From assembly GCA_000002435.2 (NCBI GenBank), contig CM018792.1: 64,000 nucleotides of DNA. One strand, given 5' to 3'. Below are positions 38,301 to 45,658 of this stretch, piece after piece; the stretch's first letter is position 1, and every line of letters starts with the position of its first letter. The translations under genes were made by a program, and so were the position numbers. The notes beneath the pieces are model-generated. The model did not search any database and was not told the DNA's origin. It was given only the letters and a program-made list of their open reading frames with translations. The stretch is from Giardia intestinalis (lineage: Eukaryota).

Positions 38301-40740
38301 ACAATCTACTAAACACATCGTCTGGTCTGTCAAGGCCCATTGTACGTGAGTTATAATGTATTTGGAAGCCGCTCGTATTCTTTCTAGTTCTAAGAATAGA
38401 ATCAGCAGCATACGATGCTCTATTGACATGTGGGTTATACCCGTCTGCCTCCAGATCGTCTCCAATGCTCCCACGTCTGTCATCATCCGCCCCATTATGA
38501 ACACCAATAGATACATCTCTGTAGTTATGGAGCGCTGCCTTGGCAGCCTTAGCTGCCTTCTGTATCGTTGCCAAATCGACGACCTCTTCTCTATGGGCGT
38601 CGAGTAGCCCTTCAAGCTCCTTTTCTTCTAAAAGACTTACTACTGATTGTCGCAAGGTATCAATCTTCTCCTTTGCGGAAAGAACTACTGCAGAAGTAGG
38701 ACCATTGAGTGAGGCAACGCGATGCTTATTCAAATCAATAGCGGCTTGAAGAACACCTCTAGCTTTCGCCACTAGTGTGCGGCTAAATGCCATAGCTGGA
38801 TCAATGCTTCTAAGCAATTCTTCTTCCTCAGGTGATAACTCCTTATATTCGTTACTGGCACCTGTAGTCAGCTTGGACGACTCTTTAGAAAGGGTCGTGT
38901 CTGGCCCGCATCCAATACTCTTAGTTGTGGTAGTTTTTGCAGGACCTTTGTGGATAGATGAACCCGTTTGCGCAAGTATTGAGTCGTCAAGTGGTACTTT
39001 CTCAGATGCACGTTCCTTCTGAAGGGCTGACTCGGCTTCTGATAGTCTTGAAGCCGCTTGCTCCAGCTGCTTACGCAATCGATCAATTTCGCTTGCTTGC
39101 TCCTTTATTTGTGTAGTAAGATGGGCATTTTCCGAGCGTGCTTTTAGCTCCGCCTCAGTATCCTGATGGAGACGCGCACTAGGTGAGTCTTCTCTTCTAT
39201 CCTTTGGAATATATTGTGGAGACCAGGGGGCAGTTTGAGAGGCCTCAGTCTTTGTTTCACTCATGGATCCCAATTTGAGTTGCTCAATTTCTTTCTCTTT
39301 AGCAGCCAACGCTTTTAACAGCTTGTCAACTTGGTTCTTTAACTTCTCCGTCTCAGCAGAGTCTTTCTTAGAGATCTTAGCATCGCCAGAACCGCTGTTC
39401 TGAAGCTTTTCCGAGTTATAAGATGACTTAAGCTTATTTGCTAGAGCAACAGTACGCTGCTCAGCCTCATCTATGCCCTTTGTGTACCTCTTCTGTAAGT
39501 TTTCCATCTCCTTCATCTTTGCGTCATAGTTGGCATGCATCTCTGCAAGAAGCCTGTCAAGCTCATCTGATTCTTTCTTCAGCATTCTCAATTGGCGGTG
39601 GCGGTCGTCTGTGGCATCTAGGACTCCAGTTAAGCGCTTTATCTCCGCTTCCATGAACTCATTCTTCGCATTTAGTTGAGCTATTAGCTGGCGTTTCTCT
39701 TCTATTTTACGTTCTAACAGTTTAACATCATCTTCTAGTTCTCGCAAGAGGCGCCGTTGCTTTAAGCTCAAAAGCTGCTTTTCAGTTCCTGTGTCCTCCT
39801 CGTCCTCGTCTAACCCTTCATCAAATTCCTCCGACCAGGCCCCTCGCTTGCTTTGCTTAATATCCATATAATCTGGCTTGTACTGAACATTGGTGGAATC
39901 GGGGGCCAGTCGGCCACGCCAGTGAAGCTGCTCTTTGAGAGTTATGATCCGTTGGATGAGTACTTTGCGATCTATCGCATTAAGTGTAGCCGACTGAGAA
40001 ACACCTAGCTCAAATTCGGCGAGCTGATTCTTCAACTGGTCTACCAACCGTCTCAAGTCGTCCAGCTCATCAAGCATTGTTTGCTTTCGAAGCATGTCAG
40101 ACTCTAGCGTTCGCGCCACAGCTACCTCAATTTCGTGATACAGCTGAGGAAGAACCAGACTATAAATGGATGATTCTGCTTCGTCGAGAAAAGGCAGAAA
40201 GATAGGCAGCGTACTCTTCGGATTCAAATGGTCATATTTTGAGTTGCAATCTAAGATATCTTCGAACATGACAAAAAGCTTCCTTTCCTCGATGTTAGTT
40301 TTCAATTTCTTGAACACAACAGACGCAGACTTATAGACTATCTTCTTAGTGCTTAGAATGAGATTTGAAATTTCACGCCTACTAGCGGGGTCGATCATAC
40401 TGTACAGGGAACCTGTTAGCGTTGCTTCATCCAGGCCACTGCTAAAGAGTTTCGTATCTAGAACAAAATCTGTGAGGAAAGCATTGTCTGCTTGCTTGCT
40501 TTGAAGAAGCTGAGTCCCATGAAGTGTGGTCGCCGTAGTGTTAGATATATTTGACTGCTCCATGGGAGCGTCACGAGACTTCTGATCCTCCCTTCGGGGC
40601 TTAGACTCTGCAGTACTGTCTTCACAAAGTACGAGCGGAGACTCTACACTGCTTATACCAATGAGATCTCCAGTGTGTTCAGTTGCTGGCCTGCCAACGC
40701 TAGACTCAGGAGAGGCAGGCCCTTCCACGGCATCATGCAT
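35329..40740 (-). CDS. giant coiled-coil protein (~1803 aa), hypothetical
   Basis: ORF-track start is GTG. The first ATG is at 40738-40740 (MHDAVEGPAS..). Long coiled-coil N-terminal third (..LEQAASRLSEAESALQKERASEK..) and a Ser/Thr/Pro-rich C-terminal half. Confidence 0.6.
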   Translation of the reverse strand: MHDAVEGPASPESSVGRPATEHTGDLIGISSVESPLVLCEDSTAESKPRREDQKSRDAPMEQSNISNTTATTLHGTQLLQSKQADNAFLTDFVLDTKLFSSGLDEATLTGSLYSMIDPASRREISNLILSTKKIVYKSASVVFKKLKTNIEERKLFVMFEDILDCNSKYDHLNPKSTLPIFLPFLDEAESSIYSLVLPQLYHEIEVAVARTLESDMLRKQTMLDELDDLRRLVDQLKNQLAEFELGVSQSATLNAIDRKVLIQRIITLKEQLHWRGRLAPDSTNVQYKPDYMDIKQSKRGAWSEEFDEGLDEDEEDTGTEKQLLSLKQRRLLRELEDDVKLLERKIEEKRQLIAQLNAKNEFMEAEIKRLTGVLDATDDRHRQLRMLKKESDELDRLLAEMHANYDAKMKEMENLQKRYTKGIDEAEQRTVALANKLKSSYNSEKLQNSGSGDAKISKKDSAETEKLKNQVDKLLKALAAKEKEIEQLKLGSMSETKTEASQTAPWSPQYIPKDRREDSPSARLHQDTEAELKARSENAHLTTQIKEQASEIDRLRKQLEQAASRLSEAESALQKERASEKVPLDDSILAQTGSSIHKGPAKTTTTKSIGCGPDTTLSKESSKLTTGASNEYKELSPEEEELLRSIDPAMAFSRTLVAKARGVLQAAIDLNKHRVASLNGPTSAVVLSAKEKIDTLRQSVVSLLEEKELEGLLDAHREEVVDLATIQKAAKAAKAALHNYRDVSIGVHNGADDDRRGSIGDDLEADGYNPHVNRASYAADSILRTRKNTSGFQIHYNSRTMGLDRPDDVFSRLYNLAETTRKKLGEKRKAYLAKLSEREAHRMRYKMQATDTIASAVDTAMGLIGKSMANTADLAELQLVVKNTFTELLGAVLKGADSPSTSATATMDRLRQEVAACLISLQDATAVETSPPHLQCTPAETVADTTAISQPLLKVTSSSIPGDSSLQTQPHILQRSASLPINPVEGLTVQSLSLDDPHPFKDLLCSTDHLPAHIIKNPATSYIIPCDLRPSVTSLELQIPPDDLCASSTLRSFPSRSNQQRPTNVSGRLYLFDSFGDVVGFISSAGNITFYGEYAQYSTHNRVISDVSDTTCSLLSSRGSSKNSSRVTSRAGSAKQQTDTHYTYMLQKVSIYDPAITPRSGHSVVVQTDLSLLSGHQPRVDYFTDDNPNSYRHRMVHNYKDMPLGNVFSTEPLHQLPSLTPTNTAPSFSADSTCLSARQTAPHSIDSCSIVDGARDITAEDSAFTEPRPGMKRSSSCILFGGVHRAQMSPWATIEGGALSDKGPSNEISGLEPPCLQRIALFSEKREEDIYLAERRAKSVGGRTRKGFHAIDIKTGKLDVSAEEAAELEEQLTRMANTSLLNPDKIGSTIQKPTLLIYDTDTAPVRYRKAVEYMSGIGGDPKDINIMAVVMESGAMLRNPDIINSLNSQIESTPAPTLDAKSSSAVAHDTLAPRVDAANGDHVCVSPELSILEAPQIPYICPDSDAVSECSVCEEINDSRQNLPNQSELHESKLGASLSNETAHRRLLSSLTDLIKKRDDAFLVKSYDNSQAYDSAKRTSSDTQPLLTVKVVSTSLEKLPSIASNNRAGSVTSFKAVTICRNRSKSVSDEPASLSPRMKVEDLDAIPSIESKCYLNDVTEKSLLRASAARGSIPSLSALRDSRGNPLIFNDRMVDDSGHLHSINLHKDGWEHMRGSFSSSVMKQQAVNKLKTLATCSAQLRINPTSTKPADTPLLVSSTVTPGVQSVRSLPKSVIARGASANASRRLAQPPESLQPKTPLKPL

Positions 40741-40843
40741 CCAAAATTTACACTTTAGTGTGAATTGCGAGAATGCAAAGGATAGAGGACAGTAGCAAAG
40801 TCGATAGGGGACGGAAATACGGATACATGAATGCGCCAGTGCG

Positions 40844-41860
40844 TCATGCACACTTGGTCTCGCCGTCTGCTGTCACCATGAAGTCACGACCCTCTTTGCA
40901 ACACATTCTTGCCGTCACATAGGGCTCCAGCATGAGGGGGTGAACCTCTATCAGCGTGTCACCTGCGCGGCGCTTAGGATACGCATATGCCTGGCGAAAG
41001 TTCACGAGGCAGTTGGGAACATCAGCAGCAAGCTCCCGAATAACCTCACGCTTCTCTTCGTTTCGCTCCTGAAGCTTCTTAATCCTGCAGTACTCTCGAT
41101 CAATCCGCTCTAGCTCCCTGAGGCTCTGCTGGTCGTGGCAACTCGCTGCAGGGACTGCTGGCCGGAACATGGTACGCGTCACGCTAGTCCTGTAGGGGTT
41201 GCAGTTAGTGTCAACTGGGCCCTCCACAATCAGGGGGCGGGGAATGTCTGGCGCTGTGGACGCACGAGTGAGGTTGAGCTTTTCTATCAGGAGTTGCTCA
41301 GGCGTTCTATTATACCTCTCATCTTGGCACTGGCAGAGTCCGTTGCAGCATCCAGTACAGTAGCAGGAGCGTTTGCACCCGCATGGCTTTGGTTTATCGG
41401 AGTTGAGGATCTCGCAGGTCTTACAACGGGTCGATGCGCCGTGTGGACACGCATCCGTGAACTCTGTCTTCCCGAAACTGGACCTGGAGATGGGGGGAAG
41501 GTCTTCAATAATGCGAGTCCCTGGTGGTGTTACCTCTAAGGGATACTGACACTGTGGACATGGGTGGTCCACGCTAAATGGGCTCTTTAAATTGTTGAGC
41601 CGTAGCTTGTTCTGGGTTGTAGTTCCTGGAGGGTGATAGATGGTCCTTGCAGATTGGTTGTTCGGCTGATCAGCAGCGTGCTGCTTGTTAGAAACCTTTT
41701 GCTGGCGACCTTGGGGATGGGTGGCCAGATGCTTATTAAAATTAAAACAGTAGCATCCCAGCCTGGGATAGATCCAGCACTTCTTGCAGTTACATGCTCC
41801 TTCGCAAAATCTGTAGCCGGGCTCCTTCAGCCGGCAATCAAGGGCAGGGTTGTAAGGCAT
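40844..41860 (-). CDS. cysteine-rich cytoplasmic protein, paralog A of a 4-gene tandem family (unknown function)
   Basis: ORF-track start is TTG. The first ATG is at 41858-41860 (MPYNPALDC..), preceded by aaaaataaaaATG. No signal peptide. Modules: CNCKKCWIYPRLGCYC, DHPCPQC, PCGCKRSCYCTGCCNGLCQCQ, and RQAYAYP near the C-terminus. Confidence 0.55.
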   Translation of the reverse strand: MPYNPALDCRLKEPGYRFCEGACNCKKCWIYPRLGCYCFNFNKHLATHPQGRQQKVSNKQHAADQPNNQSARTIYHPPGTTTQNKLRLNNLKSPFSVDHPCPQCQYPLEVTPPGTRIIEDLPPISRSSFGKTEFTDACPHGASTRCKTCEILNSDKPKPCGCKRSCYCTGCCNGLCQCQDERYNRTPEQLLIEKLNLTRASTAPDIPRPLIVEGPVDTNCNPYRTSVTRTMFRPAVPAASCHDQQSLRELERIDREYCRIKKLQERNEEKREVIRELAADVPNCLVNFRQAYAYPKRRAGDTLIEVHPLMLEPYVTARMCCKEGRDFMVTADGETKCA

Positions 41861-41956
41861 TTTTATTTTTAGCGGACTCCTAAGGCGGTAGCGGATAGTC
41901 AATGACTTCCCTGTTTACTGATAACGGTGAGAACACGCATTCCTTGCCCGTTATTA

Positions 41957-42817
41957 TCAATAATTTGCAGTAGCCACTCCGCTCCAATTCCGTATACTCG
42001 TGACCCGCCTGTTATTCTGGAGCATGGCGAGCTCCTTTCTACAATCTGGCTTATTAGTGAAGCTGTTGTGCCCGTATTCGAGTGGATTGCCGACGGAGAT
42101 TTCTTGTACACTGCGGGGCCGAATTAGTGAGTGGAAGTCCCGACGGTTGCCCACGGGCCCACTCCTCTGTCCATACGTATACACGTTGTCTGTTCCATTC
42201 TTCAATCTGCTTTCCATCCCTGCGTGAGCCCACGACTTCTCGTACGTGGCAGCCTGGCGAGCTCGTTCTATATCTCTGTTGCGGGACTCCCAATCGAAAA
42301 ATGCTGGAGTGCGATCCATGGACGTGAGGAAAACCTCATTAGTCTCCTGCTGGGCCCCTGTGCATCCCGCTCTGTCTGTTCCCGGAAGCTGACTCTCTTC
42401 GGGAACCCAGGGCGGATAAGGAATCGTGGCAAGGTCCATCAGACCAGAGGATGCGTGGCCACAGCATGTTTGATTCTTTGGGTGTGGAACGCACGAAAAG
42501 CGGCCCTCTATATCTAGATTGTGCGGGAACTTATAGATATATCTGTTGGGTACGGGCACTGCACAGGTTGGCCTGAGAGGCTTTATATGGCAAATGTTGG
42601 TGTGAGGATCGATCCCTTGGCACGGAAGCGCATACGGATTGAGACTATTGTAGCTGAATGTGCCGTCTCTAGGTGGTGCATTGACTTCGCCGTGATGACA
42701 TATCCCAACACACTGGCAGACTCTTTTATAGTGGTGCGCGCGATTGCAGCACGTATAACAGTCGCACTGGCCATGCTCTTCGCAGGCGGAGGAGCTGCAG
42801 TTAGGTTTTGGCCACAT
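41957..42817 (-). CDS. cysteine-rich cytoplasmic protein, paralog B of the tandem family
   Basis: ATG verified (cat 42815-42817), preceded by gggttaaaattaaATG. Modules: CDCYTCCNRAHHYKRVCQC, NQTCCGH, NPY; ends ..ANY*. Confidence 0.55.
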   Translation of the reverse strand: MWPKPNCSSSACEEHGQCDCYTCCNRAHHYKRVCQCVGICHHGEVNAPPRDGTFSYNSLNPYALPCQGIDPHTNICHIKPLRPTCAVPVPNRYIYKFPHNLDIEGRFSCVPHPKNQTCCGHASSGLMDLATIPYPPWVPEESQLPGTDRAGCTGAQQETNEVFLTSMDRTPAFFDWESRNRDIERARQAATYEKSWAHAGMESRLKNGTDNVYTYGQRSGPVGNRRDFHSLIRPRSVQEISVGNPLEYGHNSFTNKPDCRKELAMLQNNRRVTSIRNWSGVATANY

Positions 42818-42901
42818 TTAATTTTAACCCGGCCTGCGCGGGCTTCTGAGACAAAACAACCGGAGTTCATTCAGTTGACTAAAAGTTATGTGTGTCTGTT
42901 A

Positions 42902-43474
42902 TCAGCATCTCTGAAAGTCCATAGCAGGAGACGGCTGTCTCCGATTGAAGTCGGGACCACAGTGCGCCTTTATCTGTTTTGTTCGCCAGTCGTCCCAGTA
43001 AAAGCCGGTGCATCGCCCGCAGACGTACTTCTTTCCAAAGAGATCTCCTGGCTGGTAGCAGCAAGGGATAGCGTCTTCTGCTGTCCCGGCCTTGCTGCTA
43101 TGATCATTGAAAGGCAATAGATCCGAAGGTCTCAGTGCCTCATGGAACGTTGTGCATCCGTTGTTCAACCTCCACTCTTGACAGGCAAGTCCTCGGAGGG
43201 CCTCTTTATTAGCCTCACTCCTTTCTCTGTGGGCATAAGCGCGCTGTTTGTAACTGGTATAGTCGCCAAGCGTTTTGGTGTAGTTAAACGTGTTTACAGA
43301 CAGGTGTGGATCAAGCATGGCCATTGAGAAGATATCTGTTTGACAAGGCCTTGTTACTGCGTATATTGGGCAGCTCCCTCGGTGTGTGCGCAGATTCATT
43401 TTTGAAAACAGATGACCAATACTGCTGAAAGTACGCCCGGAACCGACTATGGGGTATAGTGAAATATACAGCAT
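42902..43474 (-). CDS. cysteine-rich protein, weaker member C of the tandem family (the real start may be the internal ATG at 43397-43399)
   Basis: ATG at 43472-43474 verified but lacks an A/T-rich leader. The internal M26 has tgttttcaaaaATG. Contains KQRAYAHRE and a C-terminal PCCYQPGDLFGKKYVCGRC module. Confidence 0.4.
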   Translation of the reverse strand: MLYISLYPIVGSGRTFSSIGHLFSKMNLRTHRGSCPIYAVTRPCQTDIFSMAMLDPHLSVNTFNYTKTLGDYTSYKQRAYAHRERSEANKEALRGLACQEWRLNNGCTTFHEALRPSDLLPFNDHSSKAGTAEDAIPCCYQPGDLFGKKYVCGRCTGFYWDDWRTKQIKAHCGPDFNRRQPSPAMDFQRC

Positions 43475-43719
43475 GAGATTCTAGCATGCCAACTGAACCC
43501 TTTTATAGGATTTCCTTACAGACTAGAAGATATAAGGGTAGACCGTAAGACTTAGACTGCTGCTGTATGCCAATTCAATCCAGGGCTCGTCTACTCATAT
43601 AACCATTTTGCTGTAAGGCTTCGTTTGCTCTCAGATTGACGTCCTCTCATCCGGAAAGTTTGATGACGACAATTTCCAAATTGATAGATTGTTCAGTACA
43701 ATTCAAGAGAACATTTACA

Positions 43720-44646
43720 TTAATAGTTTCCTTTCCACGTTCTGTGAAAGTGTGCTGCTGGCTTGGAACCTGTGAGCGACCAATCGAGCATGTGCTGCCT
43801 TTGGGTGTTCTTGGCTTGAAGCGCGTGCACATATGCCTGATCACGTTTCGAGTCAACAAGATCGCACGTTTGGGATGTGTAAGACACGTTTGCAATGTCC
43901 GTTGATTTATAGGGATTGTATAGATGGATTCTTCCAGATCTTAGATGAGGGCTAAGCGAGGTATATAAAGCTTGAGTCGGAACATCATACCAGCTGTCTC
44001 CGCGGGAGGTTTGAAGAATGGGTGGTTCATTTGGATTGACAACGTAACGGGTAGTTGTCTTCAGAGGACAGGTAGTATAATACTTCTCTTGCTTGCGTGC
44101 ATTCGCTGATTCCGTGAAAGTAATGGCCTTTTGTGGAAGACTGCATACATAAACGGGACGTGAAGCTTGTGCATTTAATGTACCTCTTGCACATCTGGGA
44201 TTTCTTCGCATTGTTTGTGCAAATCCTTGTCTTGTATTAGGACGCCTGCCGTGCGCCTCTGCACAGGCCTCGCAACAGGGGTGGTCTGGATCGAAGACCT
44301 CGCCGCAGCATCCCAGTGCGCCCTCCCCGAAGGCACGGGGGCCAGGCCTGGGGCTGCACTGGGAGAAGCTGCGCGGCGGGCAGCCCGGGTCGATGCACGG
44401 ACGGCCGTTCTCGATGGGGTCGATGGCCTGCCACTCGGGGTCGAGGGCGCGGCGGGCCATGCGGCGGCGCTCAAAGGCGAGGTACTGGTTGACGTCGTCC
44501 TGGGTGACATTGTTGTTCGGGGGGCAGTGGCACCCGTGCCTCTCCCAGTTGGGACACTCGCAGCACTTGCAGGGATTCAGCGTGGTGACCCCGCAGTATC
44601 TAGGGCCGTCCTCCTGCCTGTGGAGCGCGGGTCTGGCGGAAAACAT
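43720..44646 (-). CDS. cysteine-rich cytoplasmic protein, paralog D of the tandem family; its N-terminal half is encoded by a GC-rich island
   Basis: ATG verified (cat 44644-44646; cttaaaaATG). Modules: CKCCECPNWERHGCHC, DHPCCEAC, NPY, RDQAYVHAL; ends ..GNY*. Confidence 0.55.
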   Translation of the reverse strand: MFSARPALHRQEDGPRYCGVTTLNPCKCCECPNWERHGCHCPPNNNVTQDDVNQYLAFERRRMARRALDPEWQAIDPIENGRPCIDPGCPPRSFSQCSPRPGPRAFGEGALGCCGEVFDPDHPCCEACAEAHGRRPNTRQGFAQTMRRNPRCARGTLNAQASRPVYVCSLPQKAITFTESANARKQEKYYTTCPLKTTTRYVVNPNEPPILQTSRGDSWYDVPTQALYTSLSPHLRSGRIHLYNPYKSTDIANVSYTSQTCDLVDSKRDQAYVHALQAKNTQRQHMLDWSLTGSKPAAHFHRTWKGNY

Positions 44647-44700
44647 TTTTAAGTTGCCCAGAGCGCCGGCCCCAGCTTCACAGGAGGGAGACGTGGGGGA

Positions 44701-45633
44701 CTACTCTTTAGGCATATCAGTCAGAAGAGAATGCAGCGTTTCTGCTGCAGCCAACTGCTGATGGATACTACTAACAGCTCTGCTCACTGTACTTTCAGAA
44801 TCAACACCATTGACCCCTGTCTTGCGTTGTTCTAATATAATTTGCTCAAGGGAGTGTTGAAGGTTTTGCAGATAATGATGTATAGCCTTTGTCTGTTGAT
44901 CAATCTTGCTTGTGTTGGTAGCAATTGTATCTTCAAATTTATTCACCCGGTCTAGTGCGGACTGCAGCCGTGGTTTTTGAGCCTGCTCCTGCTTAAGTTG
45001 CAATTCGAGGTCTTCAATACGAGCCTGCAGTTCAGCAATCTGAGTTGATTGCTCGTTAAGTCTTGTCTGTATCTTCCTTAGAAGTTTGTTAGCAATGGCT
45101 GATCGGGACAGTAATCTTTGTGTCCTCTTCTGTTCTGTATTTATTGAGTGAACGATGTTATCTATAAGCTCATGTCGATAATCCATCTCCTTCTTGACAT
45201 CTTCAAGCAGCTTGTTCTTTATCCCCTCTATCCGTCCGTCCCTATCATTTAAAAGCTTGTGGACAATCGGTTCTACTTTTTCGCGATCGAAAACCATGGT
45301 TTGTTGGTTGGGGCTGATCAAGTCAGAGATAGATAATGGTCTTTGCAGCTCAGAACGCTGGTTGAGATCTTGATCCCTTGTGGGGGATGCATGGTAGATA
45401 GTGCGGCTTGGATGTCTTGCCCCAATGTCCTGCAGGCTTCTGCGAACGGCACTTAGATGCCCAAATGCCGGTGACTGTATTCTAGGTATGAGAGTGGAAG
45501 GAACTTGAGAAGTGTCTTTCACGGGACTTCTGGTCGTTTGAAGAGGTGTATTAGTACATCCACAACTAGTGTACCGGACGTGGTGAGGTTGGCGCGGATC
45601 CTGTGTGCCAATAACACTCTTAGCACGATACAT
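44701..45633 (-). CDS. coiled-coil protein (~310 aa), hypothetical
   Basis: ORF track 44701..45753 overlaps the divergent helicase gene. In-frame ATGs are at 45664-45666 and 45631-45633; the latter leaves a 25-bp A/T spacer. Heptad-rich (..LQARIEDLELQLKQEQAQKPRLQSALDRVNKFEDT..). Confidence 0.45.
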   Translation of the reverse strand: MYRAKSVIGTQDPRQPHHVRYTSCGCTNTPLQTTRSPVKDTSQVPSTLIPRIQSPAFGHLSAVRRSLQDIGARHPSRTIYHASPTRDQDLNQRSELQRPLSISDLISPNQQTMVFDREKVEPIVHKLLNDRDGRIEGIKNKLLEDVKKEMDYRHELIDNIVHSINTEQKRTQRLLSRSAIANKLLRKIQTRLNEQSTQIAELQARIEDLELQLKQEQAQKPRLQSALDRVNKFEDTIATNTSKIDQQTKAIHHYLQNLQHSLEQIILEQRKTGVNGVDSESTVSRAVSSIHQQLAAAETLHSLLTDMPKE

Positions 45634-45658
45634 GACGCTCGGAAATATAAAAGCACCT
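45634..45658. promoter_or_regulatory. A/T-rich bidirectional initiator (gacgctcggaaatataaaagcacct) between the divergent coiled-coil gene and the DEAD-box helicase gene
   Basis: CATG at 45631-45634 and ATG at 45659. The helicase ORF-track start at 45605 is GTG. Confidence 0.4.
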
